Shown here piece after piece: positions 1 through 9,740 of a stretch of 64,000 nucleotides of DNA (position 1 is its first letter; each line of letters opens with the position of its first letter). The stretch comes from Polyangiaceae bacterium. GTDB taxonomy: Bacteria > Myxococcota_A > Polyangia > Polyangiales > Polyangiaceae. The notes under the pieces are model-generated. The model saw only the letters and a list, made by a program, of their open reading frames with translations, had not been told where the DNA came from and did no database searches. The stretch is from contig JBILLK010000031.1 in the NCBI GenBank assembly GCA_044376115.1, positions 59,231 to 123,230 of the forward strand. Direction: 5' to 3'. The position numbers and the translations under genes were made by a program.

Positions 1-43
1 GCAGGGCGATTAGGGCGGTCAACAGGAAGCGGCGCAACAGCAT
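1..43 (-). CDS. 5' fragment of a probable secreted protein running off the window edge
   Basis: Minus-strand ATG at 43 reads MLLRRFLLTALIAL, a signal-peptide-like start with no stop before position 1. Confidence 0.45.
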   Translation of the reverse strand, partial: MLLRRFLLTALIAL

Positions 44-135
44 GGTTTTGCCGTAGATCCGCCTGCTGCTCGGTGGGTCTGAAAGAATCTGAAAGCTGCG
101 TCCGCCTCGGCGGCGCCGTCCCTCAGGGCGTGAGC

Positions 136-1269
136 TCAGCGCGGCTGCTTATCGAACGCGATGCGTGAGCTGAACGCGGCCGCCGAGCGGACCTTGTCGG
201 TCCCGGGCAGACTCACAGGGTCCACGCGGACGAGGAAAGGCTGATAACCGGTGGCGATCAGGTTGAAGAACGCGACCCCTGCCGCAGGATCGACGATGCC
301 GTCGGAGTAGCGCTCAAAGATCCGCGTGCGGACGAGCTCCGTCTCCTCCTCGAGATAGAGTGAGAGGCTCGTGAGCTTGTTGTCTTCGAAGTAGCCTCCC
401 GCGGCGACGACCTTGCCTTGCTCGAAAGGTTTGGGCGTACCGCTGCAGCGTGAGATCGCGCCTGTGTCGACGAGTCTGCGCGCGTCGGGCGGCTCTTTCG
501 ACCAATCGAACTTGTCTACCTGGTGCTTCGCCGTGCGGCAGGCCTCGGCAAAGTCCGCGCGGCTCTGCCCGAACTCGAAGCCAGCGATAGCCGTCCAAGC
601 CTCAGCTGGCGGCCCGAGCACCTCGCTCAATGAGCGGCGCGGCTCGTCGTCGATCTTGGCGTTCCGCAGGAGCGGCTCACAGAATGACGGCGCATCGGCG
701 ATGCACTGCGCGTTCAGGGTGACGAGCCGATTGGCCTTGGACATGAACACCACAGCTCGTGCCTCGAGCACAGCGCGGCGTTCGCCGGAGCCCAGGGTGA
801 CGCGGCTCAACACGTCGAGCCGATCATTTTCGTATTTGGGTTCGAATAGAATCTCGGTCGCGCCTTGCAGGGTCATTTCGAGGCGCAACGCCGCCGCCGC
901 GTATTCGAGCGCCTCGCGAACCGTCCCTCGTAGGGCCGCTGGGTCTTCGGGCAGATCGAACCGCAGCACGTACGCTGTGCCATCCTTCATCCCTGTCGGT
1001 GCTCGCCGTGCATCGACGACAACGGTCGACTTGGGTTCGCGCGCAGCTACAGCTGCACGGATCCGCTCTTGTTTCGGTGCTTCGAGCGGAACGAAAGAGG
1101 CAGGAAGCTCCATTGAGATTCCCGCGACCTTCACGACCTGTGCGGCCTCGGTCGAGACCGAGGAGGTTGGACTGGCGCTGAGCGATTCGCCTGCGGGTGC
1201 AGGCTCCGTGGCCCTCTCCGAGCCACAACCGAAACACCACAAGACACAGGCCAGCATTGAGCGAAGCAC
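136..1269 (-). CDS. Hypothetical lipoprotein
   Basis: 377-aa ORF with an N-terminal lipobox-like CFGC followed by a Ser/Ala/Pro linker; no family recognised. Confidence 0.7.
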   Translation of the reverse strand: MLRSMLACVLWCFGCGSERATEPAPAGESLSASPTSSVSTEAAQVVKVAGISMELPASFVPLEAPKQERIRAAVAAREPKSTVVVDARRAPTGMKDGTAYVLRFDLPEDPAALRGTVREALEYAAAALRLEMTLQGATEILFEPKYENDRLDVLSRVTLGSGERRAVLEARAVVFMSKANRLVTLNAQCIADAPSFCEPLLRNAKIDDEPRRSLSEVLGPPAEAWTAIAGFEFGQSRADFAEACRTAKHQVDKFDWSKEPPDARRLVDTGAISRCSGTPKPFEQGKVVAAGGYFEDNKLTSLSLYLEEETELVRTRIFERYSDGIVDPAAGVAFFNLIATGYQPFLVRVDPVSLPGTDKVRSAAAFSSRIAFDKQPR

Positions 1270-1394
1270 GTTGACCCCTTATCACTTCGCGCGTCGCGCC
1301 TGGGTACTCGAGTTCCCGGGCGTGGTTTCGCTTCGAAAGAAGTTGGTACTCAAAGGCGTTGACGCGCTCGCCTGGCGCGATTGAGCATCTCTCG

Positions 1395-2669
1395 ATGCAG
1401 CTCGCCAGCAAGGTCATCAGCGTGGTCGTGCTCATGGGCTGCGACCCTCAACCCCTATCGCGGGTCGAGTCGGAGCGCCTGACGAGCGTGAGCGCGGTGA
1501 GCTCGAGCTCAGCGACCGCCTCGGCGATCGCTTCGTCGAGCGTCAGCGCGAACCCGAGCGCTGCGAGCAACGCTCTTCCAGCGCGCGTGTTCAAGACCCC
1601 ACAACGCACGCTCGACTGCAGCAACTACTTCGGCTGTGCGGTGCTCGGGGAGAGGCTCGCTTGCTGGGGTTACAACCAGTTTGGACAGCTGGGCAAACCC
1701 GCGGTCAAGTACCCGCGAAAGGGGAGCGCCTTCGTCAACGTGCCTTCGCCGATGGCGGTCGCGGTGGGGTTCACGCATGGCTGCGCGCTCAGCGCTGAAG
1801 GAGACGTCCACTGCTGGGGTTCGTCTTCGGACGGTGCCTTGGGAGACGGCGTCTTACCGCCGCCGGATGAGCCGTCCTCCAGGGTGATCGCGCCGACCAA
1901 GGTCAAAGGCCTCGGTGCAAAGGCGGTCGATCTCGACGTTGGGAACAGCCACAGTTGCGTGGTGTTGGAGGACGGCGGCGTCGCCTGTTGGGGGGCTAAC
2001 TACGCTGACGTGTTGGGGGTAGGGGAGCCTTCGTCGGCGAAACCGGTGCGCATCTCCGGCGTGCTAGGAGCCGTCGAGGTTGCCACGTCGGACGACCTAA
2101 CCTGCGCGCGGACTGCGAAAGGGGACGTCATTTGTTGGGGGCGCGGCAAGTCGGCACCGGAGCAAGTTGCTGGCGCCTGTGCGAAGCAGCTGACCATCGC
2201 CTCGAGCGCTGCTTGCGCGCTCGACTGCGCGGGAAGCGTGAGCTGTTGGGGCAATCTTCCTGGGTACAACAAGCAATCGCTGACGCCCAAGGTGCAGCCC
2301 GAGTTCGTCGATGTCGAGGAGATCCGTGGTGGGCTATCGCACTTCATCGCGCGGGATCGCGCCGGGCAGGTCATTGCCTGGGGCGGCAATGATTCGGGCC
2401 AGATCGGCAACGGCAAGCCAGCGAGCTGGGATTCGGCCTTTGCCGATAAGCCGGTAACGCTTTCCACCGGTTGGAAGGCCAGCGCTGTGTGCGCGGGGGG
2501 CATCGTCGCGCGCCCCGACGGCCGCGACTATCTGCGACCATCGAGCTTCGTCGACACCGGCATCAGCTGTGCTGCGACCTCGACTGGCGAGGCCCATTGT
2601 TGGGGCGAGCCTGACCTCGACTACGTGCCGAAGGCTGTAGAGCTGCCGAAGGAACGCTCGACGCGCTGA
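1395..2669 (+). CDS. RCC1/BLIP-II repeat beta-propeller lipoprotein
   Basis: Repeated G.H.CAL..G.V.CWG.N..GQLG units; lipobox LMGC; start moved to ATG 1395. Confidence 0.85.
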   Translation: MQLASKVISVVVLMGCDPQPLSRVESERLTSVSAVSSSSATASAIASSSVSANPSAASNALPARVFKTPQRTLDCSNYFGCAVLGERLACWGYNQFGQLGKPAVKYPRKGSAFVNVPSPMAVAVGFTHGCALSAEGDVHCWGSSSDGALGDGVLPPPDEPSSRVIAPTKVKGLGAKAVDLDVGNSHSCVVLEDGGVACWGANYADVLGVGEPSSAKPVRISGVLGAVEVATSDDLTCARTAKGDVICWGRGKSAPEQVAGACAKQLTIASSAACALDCAGSVSCWGNLPGYNKQSLTPKVQPEFVDVEEIRGGLSHFIARDRAGQVIAWGGNDSGQIGNGKPASWDSAFADKPVTLSTGWKASAVCAGGIVARPDGRDYLRPSSFVDTGISCAATSTGEAHCWGEPDLDYVPKAVELPKERSTR

Positions 2670-2721
2670 GCCAACGAGCGAAGGGCGTGACGCACGCGGC
2701 GCTCCATGTAACGCGAAGCGA

Positions 2722-3615
2722 ATGGTGAGCGAAACCTTCGAACCCGAACTGTGGGAGCCGGTGGCCGGCTTCAATTTCTCCGACATCACGTACCACCGCG
2801 CCAAGGCACATGGCACCGTGCGGATCGCGTTTCATCGTCCCGAAGTGCGCAACGCCTTTCGTCCGCGCACCGTGGACGAGCTCGCGGTGGCGCTCGATCA
2901 CGCACGGCAGTGGAGCGACGTCGGTACCGTGCTGCTCACAGGCAATGGTCCTTCGCCCAAGGATGGCGGTTGGGCTTTTTGCTCCGGAGGTGATCAACGC
3001 ATCCGCGGCAAGGTTGGCTACCAGTATGAGGGTGAGCCCGGCCAAGTGGACGTTGCGCGTCTCGGTCGGCTGCATATCCTCGAGGTACAGCGGATGATCC
3101 GCTTCATGCCCAAGGTCGTGATCGCGGTGGTCAACGGCTGGGCGGTCGGCGGCGGGCACAGCCTGCACGTGGTATGCGACCTTACGCTCGCCAGCCTCGA
3201 GCACGCGAAGTTCAAGCAGACCGACGCCGACGTAGCGAGCTTCGACGGCGGGTTCGGCTCGGCGTACCTCGCGCGCATGGTCGGTCAGAAGCGGGCCCGT
3301 GAGATCTTCTTCCTCGGGCGCACCTACTCGGCCGAAGAGGCCGTGGCGATGGGCATGGCCAACGCTGCGGTGCCGCACGCAGAACTTGAACGCGTCGCTT
3401 TGGAGTGGGCCGCCGAGATCAACGCCAAGAGCCCAACCGCGCAGCGCATGCTCAAATTCTCCTTCAACCTGATCGATGACGGGCTCGTGGGGCAGCAGGT
3501 GTTTGCAGGCGAGGCAACGCGGCTCGCTTACATGACCGACGAGGCGCAAGAGGGCCGCGACGCCTTCCTCGAGAAGCGCAAACAGGACTACTCGAAGTTC
3601 CCTTATTACTACTGA
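2722..3615 (+). CDS. menB: 1,4-dihydroxy-2-naphthoyl-CoA synthase
   Basis: RPEVRNAFRP, AFCSGGDQ, GGGHSLHVVCDLT, SFDGGFG and EAQEGRDAFLEKR motifs typical of MenB. Confidence 0.95.
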   Translation: MVSETFEPELWEPVAGFNFSDITYHRAKAHGTVRIAFHRPEVRNAFRPRTVDELAVALDHARQWSDVGTVLLTGNGPSPKDGGWAFCSGGDQRIRGKVGYQYEGEPGQVDVARLGRLHILEVQRMIRFMPKVVIAVVNGWAVGGGHSLHVVCDLTLASLEHAKFKQTDADVASFDGGFGSAYLARMVGQKRAREIFFLGRTYSAEEAVAMGMANAAVPHAELERVALEWAAEINAKSPTAQRMLKFSFNLIDDGLVGQQVFAGEATRLAYMTDEAQEGRDAFLEKRKQDYSKFPYYY

Positions 3616-3642
3616 GCGACGCAGCTCCCTCAACGGCGCGGG

Positions 3643-3669
3643 CGCCCCGCCAAACAGGTAGGCGGGGCG
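3643..3669 (+). terminator. Stem-loop after menB
   Basis: CGCCCCGCC-N9-GGCGGGGCG, starting 27 bp after the menB stop; no clear U-tract. Confidence 0.45.
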
Positions 3670-3712
3670 TTGCGCGTTGACCGTGTCCACCTCCCACACT
3701 ACGTGGCCCCTC

Positions 3713-4267
3713 ATGCGAAATGCGATTCTGTTTGTTAGTGCCTTGTTGATCGTTGGTTGCGGCGGGGGCGATGCAAAAACCGACAAGTCCGCAGCGCCGG
3801 GCTCAAGCGCTGCTTCGAGCGCAGCGAAGAGCGCTGGCTCGAGTGCAGCGAAGGGCGACGCATCGGCGAAGCCTGCTGCCCCTGCGGTCGAGATGGAGGA
3901 GCTCTCCCTCGCCCCAATCGACAAGTCTCTGGCTGGTTACGTGATGACCGTCCCGAAGGGCGCCAAGATCGACGGTACGCAGATCAAGTTCGGCGAGTAC
4001 GACTTCTTGGACTTCTCGATGGCCGGTGGCTGGGAGGACGCAGTCAAGGGCCTCGGCAATGACAAGCTCAACGAAAACATCAAGAAGGTGAGCGACACCG
4101 AGTATCGCTGGGAGCGCGTTCCCCCGATCGGTCGTATGTACATGGTCGACGTGTTGGTGAAGATCGGCGCCGCCAAGTGGTCCTGCACCACCGGCCTCAC
4201 CGGCCCGGACAAGGTCGAGACCGCCGACATGATTTCGAAGATGTGCAACAGCATCAAGAAGAAGTAG
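3713..4267 (+). CDS. Hypothetical lipoprotein
   Basis: MRNAILFVSALLIVGC lipobox, Ala/Ser linker, C-terminal Cys pair. Confidence 0.8.
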   Translation: MRNAILFVSALLIVGCGGGDAKTDKSAAPGSSAASSAAKSAGSSAAKGDASAKPAAPAVEMEELSLAPIDKSLAGYVMTVPKGAKIDGTQIKFGEYDFLDFSMAGGWEDAVKGLGNDKLNENIKKVSDTEYRWERVPPIGRMYMVDVLVKIGAAKWSCTTGLTGPDKVETADMISKMCNSIKKK

Positions 4268-4275
4268 CTGGGTAA

Positions 4276-4302
4276 GGCACGGCCTCACCGAGAGGCCGTG
4301 CC
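4276..4302 (+). terminator. Probable intrinsic terminator hairpin
   Basis: Perfect 11-bp stem GGCACGGCCTC/GAGGCCGTGCC, 8 bp after the stop codon. Confidence 0.65.
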
Positions 4303-4382
4303 GTGCGTTTCGAGAACGGACTGCGCGCGATGTGCTGTTCCTCGCGGTGTAAGGTCTTGCGCGGCCGTAGCGTTGGTCTGCC

Positions 4383-5645
4383 GTGCTTGTTAGGAACGCC
4401 ATCCTGTGGCGGCAGAAGTCAACGACCCTCGCCTCTCTTGGTACGCTGCTGGCGCTCATCGCGCCCTGTTGGCCGGCGTACGCGACGGGGTATGGCGGGT
4501 GTACGGCTCGCCTCGTCGACGACGAGTGTCAGCCTCACTCGGGCGTCTACGACGAGGGAGACACCATGCGTGTTGCCACCGTTTGTGAACTGACGACGGA
4601 GGCCGGAAAGCCAAGTCCAAAGAGGATCTATGAGCCGAGCCCAGCAGAGCTGGAGCGGATGCTCCTCGAACGCTCGGGGTGCAAGTACCCGGTGAAGGTC
4701 CAACTCAGGAAGACGGACGAGCATTGCGGTGCCGCCGTCGTCTACGAGGTCGAGTTGGAGGAGCCAGGGCGTTACACCTTCTTCCGTCAACGGCTCACCG
4801 TCGGTGAGCCCGATCTGGAAGGCCAGCCAGGGTCTGACGAATCGTTCGGCGGTCTCCCTGACGACGGTTTCGGCGGGGCCTGCCCCGAGCCCCCAGCCGA
4901 GATCGTGGCGCAACTTCAAGCCAAGAGAGAGGCCGAGCGCATGCAGCGCGAGATCGCCGCTCTTCCGCCCCAGTGTCTTGGCGTCGCGCCGTGGACTCAT
5001 CCCGAGTGCCTTCCCAAAACAATGACGGAGTGGGAGGTGACGGACTGGGATGCGCGTAAGGGCTGGAGCGTGGAGTTGGCCGCGTCTCCGGTCGTACGCT
5101 CGGTGCTCGGAGTTGGCCCTGAAGGCAGCTTCGCAGGCGCCGAGTTTCGCTTCGGATTCCGACGGACCGACCGCTACTCGTCGCACTCAATCATCGGGGA
5201 CGGCAGCGAGGGTTTACGGTGGTGCATGCCGCTCGTGGCTTGCGCCCTGGTTGGGCTCTTCGCTCCGACGTCGTCTTGGGTTAGCAACGACTACGGACTC
5301 GACCTTGTCGCCGGGCTTGGGCGGCAGTTCGATGCTGGAGGCGAAACGTTGGCGGGCTCGATTGCTTTCCGGCCCATCCTCCGCGTCGCCGCCGAGAATC
5401 GGTTCCGAAGCCAATCGTGGATCGGCTCGTTGCTTCCCGAGGTCGGATTGCGGTTTGCCGACTCGCGCGAAGCTGAGGTCTTTTTTGGATGGTCGATCTA
5501 CCCAGTCGACCTGCGACTCGGACGCAATCTCGCGCTCGGATGGGACGGGCCGGTGATCGCGCCGTCCTTTCCGCTGGATGGCGCGCCCATGCGGCTATGG
5601 GTCGGTACCGGCCTTTCGCTGACCGTGCTGGCGGGTGAGCCCTAA
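4383..5645 (+). CDS. Hypothetical exported protein, possibly with a C-terminal beta-barrel
   Basis: 420-aa ORF with a signal-like N-terminus (AYA site) and alternating hydrophobic strands near the C-terminus. Confidence 0.6.
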   Translation: MLVRNAILWRQKSTTLASLGTLLALIAPCWPAYATGYGGCTARLVDDECQPHSGVYDEGDTMRVATVCELTTEAGKPSPKRIYEPSPAELERMLLERSGCKYPVKVQLRKTDEHCGAAVVYEVELEEPGRYTFFRQRLTVGEPDLEGQPGSDESFGGLPDDGFGGACPEPPAEIVAQLQAKREAERMQREIAALPPQCLGVAPWTHPECLPKTMTEWEVTDWDARKGWSVELAASPVVRSVLGVGPEGSFAGAEFRFGFRRTDRYSSHSIIGDGSEGLRWCMPLVACALVGLFAPTSSWVSNDYGLDLVAGLGRQFDAGGETLAGSIAFRPILRVAAENRFRSQSWIGSLLPEVGLRFADSREAEVFFGWSIYPVDLRLGRNLALGWDGPVIAPSFPLDGAPMRLWVGTGLSLTVLAGEP

Positions 5646-5693
5646 GGAATCACCGAACCGACGGGTCGAATTCGCGCGTGGTAGCTTCGCGCG

Positions 5694-6644
5694 GTGCATC
5701 GGGTGGTCTGCAGTTGGGTGGCGGTTGCGGCCTTGGGGATGGGCTGCGAAAGCGCGCCTCCCGCTGCGAATAGCGCCTCCTCCAACGGCGCGTCGAGCGA
5801 GCCGAGCGCCCCCGCCGCGGCTCTCCCCAGCGCCGAGCCCGAGCCCGCCGCTCCTTCCGCAATGGCCGCCGCTAGCGCTGCGCCAGCCCCTACCGAGCTG
5901 GTTGCTCCGGCGAAGTTGCAGCCGCCCTGTGAAGCGGAACCGCCGCTGCCCGAGCCGCTGCGCGCGCTGCCGAGCGATGCGGACATTCTAGCGGGGCTGC
6001 GTGGCGAAGGCGGTCCGCTGGGCGCAGCCTCGATCGGCTCGCCCTCACGAGGGTCATTGATGTTCGGCGTTGAGCTTGCGGCCAGCGAGACCATCGCGCG
6101 GGCCGGCAAATACCCGTATGGCACCGCTGCCGTCGTGGCCGCGATTGAGCGCGCGGTGCGCGAGGTGAACCGCTGCTTTCCGGGGGCGCACAAGCTCGCC
6201 GTCGGCGATTTGAGTCGTAGGCGAGGGGGCTGGCTTTTGCCGCATCGTAGTCACCAATCGGGGCTCGATGCCGACCTCGGATTTTACTACCGCTCGGGGC
6301 CTGCTTGGTACGTGCGGCCTACCGCCGAGACGCTCGATGCGCCGAGGACCTGGCGGCTTCTGCGCGCCTTGCGCAGCGGTGGGAACGTCGAGGTCGTGTT
6401 CTTGGACCTGCGGATTCAACGGCTTTTACATAGCTATGCAGCCAGCTTGAACGAGCCCGAACTCGACGCGATCTTCGACCTGAACAACAAGAAGAACCGC
6501 TGGCTACGTCATGAATACGGCCATCACACGCACATGCACGTGCGCTTCCAGGATGAGCAAGCGGTAGCGCTAGGAGCGCGCCTCGCCCGACTCGATGCGA
6601 ATGGCCTGCTGCGGGCGAGCTACTGGGCGAAGGCGTCGCGTTAG
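5694..6644 (+). CDS. Penicillin-insensitive murein endopeptidase (MepA/M74-like) lipoprotein
   Basis: GDLS...GG...HRSHQSGLDADL and H..HMHVRF zinc motifs; SIGSP..GSL; lipobox GMGC. Confidence 0.88.
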   Translation: MHRVVCSWVAVAALGMGCESAPPAANSASSNGASSEPSAPAAALPSAEPEPAAPSAMAAASAAPAPTELVAPAKLQPPCEAEPPLPEPLRALPSDADILAGLRGEGGPLGAASIGSPSRGSLMFGVELAASETIARAGKYPYGTAAVVAAIERAVREVNRCFPGAHKLAVGDLSRRRGGWLLPHRSHQSGLDADLGFYYRSGPAWYVRPTAETLDAPRTWRLLRALRSGGNVEVVFLDLRIQRLLHSYAASLNEPELDAIFDLNNKKNRWLRHEYGHHTHMHVRFQDEQAVALGARLARLDANGLLRASYWAKASR

Positions 6645-6646
6645 CG

Positions 6647-7429
6647 TCAATCAGCCCAGAGGCCGTCGCGCTCTTGCCATTCGATGCTCTCGAACAAGAC
6701 GTCGAAGGCTTCGCTGAGGTCGTGATCGCTGCGCAACTCGGCGCCGCGGGCCTCGACCCATTCGAGGGCGAGAGGAAGTGCGAGGGTCGAGGGCGCTGCG
6801 TCCTCCAAGCGATCCACCGTGAGTGAGAGCGCCTGGGTCATCAGCACCGGCCGCGGCAGCGGCGCGAGTTGGTCGGAGAGGGTTGCACAATGCTCCGGCG
6901 AGGACGTGACAGCGTATTCGCGGCAGGCGAAGGGCCGTTCCTCGTAAACGCTGCAGCGTCCCTCGATCAAGAAGGGACACGCCATGTTCAGCTCGAGGTA
7001 TCTGCGTGAGAGCGCGTCCCAACGTTCACTCTCGCTGCCGTCCCCAGGGCTGACCAGCGAGGTGCGCGGCTGATCGTGTTTGGGGTGAATCAGGCCGTTT
7101 TTCTCGAGCGTCGAGAGCACGTGCGCAAAGCGGTTCTTCACCTCTTTGTGCTGTTTCTGCGGTAGCCGTGCGAGCGCGGTAACCAGCGCCTTCGCCTCGA
7201 TCAGGGAAACCGGTACCAGCTGATGACAGCAGGCTGTGCAACCCGTTTTGCAACTGACCTTCAAGCCTGCTGCGCGCGCGCGCGTCTCGCTTTCGGTCAT
7301 CACCGTGGACGAGAGTTTGCGAATCGCCGGTAGCAGCGCTCCGAGCCCGCCCGTACCGCCGGGCAGAGGCACGGTGGTGGCCTTGTTTTCGCCGAAGATT
7401 GGCAGAACAACGCGTTTCTCTTTGGCCAT
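6647..7429 (-). CDS. YkgJ family (CxxCxxCC-like) Fe-S/zinc cluster protein
   Basis: CKTGCTACC and CPFL..GRCSVYEERPFACR; start at ATG 7429. Confidence 0.88.
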   Translation of the reverse strand: MAKEKRVVLPIFGENKATTVPLPGGTGGLGALLPAIRKLSSTVMTESETRARAAGLKVSCKTGCTACCHQLVPVSLIEAKALVTALARLPQKQHKEVKNRFAHVLSTLEKNGLIHPKHDQPRTSLVSPGDGSESERWDALSRRYLELNMACPFLIEGRCSVYEERPFACREYAVTSSPEHCATLSDQLAPLPRPVLMTQALSLTVDRLEDAAPSTLALPLALEWVEARGAELRSDHDLSEAFDVLFESIEWQERDGLWAD

Positions 7430-7493
7430 GATTGCGGACCTGCCTGTTGCTGTCTTTCTTGACGGGTTACGACCCTGACAGTAAGCCAAACCG

Positions 7494-8156
7494 ATGTCCT
7501 TCGTCGCTCGATTCTCGCCCGTTCGCCTGGCCTGCGCTGTGACCTTCTTCGCTGGCTCGCTGTTGGCGGTGGCCGGTACGGCTCAAGCGCAGGAGGAAAC
7601 CGCACCGGCAGCCCCGGTGGCGGCTCCGGCAGTCGCGCTGCGGATCGTCGTGCTCGACACGGCCAAGGTGCTCAAGGAGTCGGAAGAGGGCATCCGCATC
7701 GAGGCCAACCTGCGGAAGCTGTTTGACCCGAAGAAGGCGGAGCTTGCCAGCAAAGAGAAGCAGCTCGGCGAAGAGTATGAAGAGCTCGAGCGCGAAGAGA
7801 AGACGAAGGGTCGCAGTGAGCCGCTCGAGCGCCGCAAAGCCGAGTTCAAGCAGAAGGTGGCGATGCTGCAGCAAGCGGCCTACACCATTCAGCAGGACTA
7901 CAATCAGAAGCGCCAAGACAGCTTGATGCCGCTCCTCGGCAAGGTCGGCGCCATCGTTAAGTCGATCGCGCAGCGTGAAGGCTTTGACCTCGTGCTCGAG
8001 AAGCAAGCGGCGGTTTACTTCCGCGCCGACTTGGAGGTGACCGAGCGCGTGATTCAAGCGGTCAACGCGGGTGAAGGTCCCAAAGAGCCCAAGGCGCCCA
8101 AGAAGCCGAAGGACAAGCCCGCCCCCGCCAAGGCGCCCGCCGCTCCCAAGAAGTGA
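7494..8156 (+). CDS. OmpH/Skp family periplasmic chaperone
   Basis: Signal peptide (AQA), IVVLD..KVL..S.EG, long coiled coil, IAQREGFDLVLE, DLEVTERVI. Confidence 0.85.
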   Translation: MSFVARFSPVRLACAVTFFAGSLLAVAGTAQAQEETAPAAPVAAPAVALRIVVLDTAKVLKESEEGIRIEANLRKLFDPKKAELASKEKQLGEEYEELEREEKTKGRSEPLERRKAEFKQKVAMLQQAAYTIQQDYNQKRQDSLMPLLGKVGAIVKSIAQREGFDLVLEKQAAVYFRADLEVTERVIQAVNAGEGPKEPKAPKKPKDKPAPAKAPAAPKK

Positions 8157-8211
8157 CGTTCTGGGTCGGTGAGCTGCCGACGGCGGCGCCTTCCCAAGCT
8201 ACGATGCCCCG

Positions 8212-9015
8212 ATGGGGATCGTCTGTGTGGTGCCGCCGGCGCTTGGCGCAGCGAAGGCCTCGGCCCGTGCAGAGCTGTTAGCGGCGGCCCTACGACGGGA
8301 CCTCGGTGTCGAAGTCAGCGCGGTGGTGGCCGCAAATTACGGTGAGCTCGAGCGACAGCTCAACGATGCCACGGTCGATGTCGCTTGGTGCCCAGCGGCG
8401 GTCTGCGCCCGGCTGACGCGAGCAGCGGCCGCCTTCAGCGTCGTGCGAGAGGGCGTTTCAAGCTACAGATCCGCACTGATCGCTCGGCGCGAAGATAAGC
8501 TCATCGTGCTGCAGCTGGATGGCAAGCGCGCCGCTTGGGTCGACCCGCTCTCGGCCGGCGGGCACTTGCTCGCGGTTGCGCTGCTCAAGTCCCGCGGGCT
8601 TAGCTGCGAGCGGGTGTTCGCGTCGCAGGCGTTTTTGGGGACCCATCGCGCGGTTGCGTTGGCTGTATTGCAGAACGACGCTGACGTTGGAGCGGTCTCG
8701 ATTCACGGCGTTCATGACAACGCCCTGGAGGCGATGATGCGTTGGTACGTTGGACCCAACGGCGACCGTTTGGAGACCATCGCAGTCAGCGAACGTTGCC
8801 CCAACGACGCGCTCGTGATCAGCGAGCGCCTGCCCATCGCTCTGACCGCGCAGCTAACCGAAATCCTAAGCAAAGCGCACGAGGGACCCAAAGGCTCCCA
8901 GGTACTGGCGGCGCTCGAGTGTGAACGCTTCGAGCCCGCCGACCTTGGGAGCTACAAACGCGCCTTCGCCTCGGTTGGCTCGAGTTCGAAGGCGCCGCCG
9001 CCGATGCGTCCGTGA
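8212..9015 (+). CDS. PhnD/SsuA-like substrate-binding-fold protein
   Basis: YRSALIAR, AWVDPLSAGGHL, GTHRAVALAV..DADVGA and PNDAL motifs. Confidence 0.8.
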   Translation: MGIVCVVPPALGAAKASARAELLAAALRRDLGVEVSAVVAANYGELERQLNDATVDVAWCPAAVCARLTRAAAAFSVVREGVSSYRSALIARREDKLIVLQLDGKRAAWVDPLSAGGHLLAVALLKSRGLSCERVFASQAFLGTHRAVALAVLQNDADVGAVSIHGVHDNALEAMMRWYVGPNGDRLETIAVSERCPNDALVISERLPIALTAQLTEILSKAHEGPKGSQVLAALECERFEPADLGSYKRAFASVGSSSKAPPPMRP

Positions 9016-9026
9016 GTCGCGGGGGC

Positions 9027-9680
9027 TCAGCCGCCGAGGCCCGAGGCCGAAGCGTTGGGCTGCCACAGCACCTCGTCGGCCCGCTCGTATTGTGAGCCCG
9101 CGCGGCTCATCACGAAGAAGGCGTCCGAGAGGCGATTGAGATAGCGCACGGCGGTGGCGTCCACTTCGTGATCGTGCGCAAAGCCGACCAACAAGCGCTC
9201 GGCCCTTCTGCATACCGTGCGGGCCAAATGCAGATCGGTGTTGAGGCGTGAGCCGCCGGGAAGGACGAAGGAGCGCAACGGCGCGAGGTGCTCGTTCATC
9301 GCGTCCATCTCGCGCTCGAGCAGGTCGATCTCAGCGCCGGTCACCCGCGGCTGCTTCGGGTGAACGTCTTCCGGAAGCGTCGCCAAAATCGATCCGAGGT
9401 TGAACAGCTCATGTTGGATGCGCAGCAGCGTGCTCGCGAGTTTACGCAAGGACTCTACGTCGTTCTTCGCGTTCTCGGCGGCGCCGAGGGCGCTGTGCCG
9501 GCTCGCTCCGACGATCGCATTTAGCTCGTCTACCGTGCCGTAGACTTCGATTCGGAGGTCGTTCTTGGCGACCTTCTGACCACCGACGAGGCTGGTTTGT
9601 CCACCATCCCCCTTGCGTGTGTAGACGCGGTTGATGGCGATGTGCGTTTCACCAAAGGGCTCGCGATTGGACTCCGTCAT
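9027..9680 (-). CDS. PduO-type ATP:cob(I)alamin adenosyltransferase
   Basis: VYTRKGDGGQT, YGTVDELN, FVLPGG, ARTVCRRAER and YLNRLSD; start at ATG 9680. Confidence 0.93.
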   Translation of the reverse strand: MTESNREPFGETHIAINRVYTRKGDGGQTSLVGGQKVAKNDLRIEVYGTVDELNAIVGASRHSALGAAENAKNDVESLRKLASTLLRIQHELFNLGSILATLPEDVHPKQPRVTGAEIDLLEREMDAMNEHLAPLRSFVLPGGSRLNTDLHLARTVCRRAERLLVGFAHDHEVDATAVRYLNRLSDAFFVMSRAGSQYERADEVLWQPNASASGLGG

Positions 9681-9740
9681 TCCGCCCTCATAGAGCACCT
9701 TTGCGGAACGACCAACGAGCGAAAAGACTAAGCTCACGCG

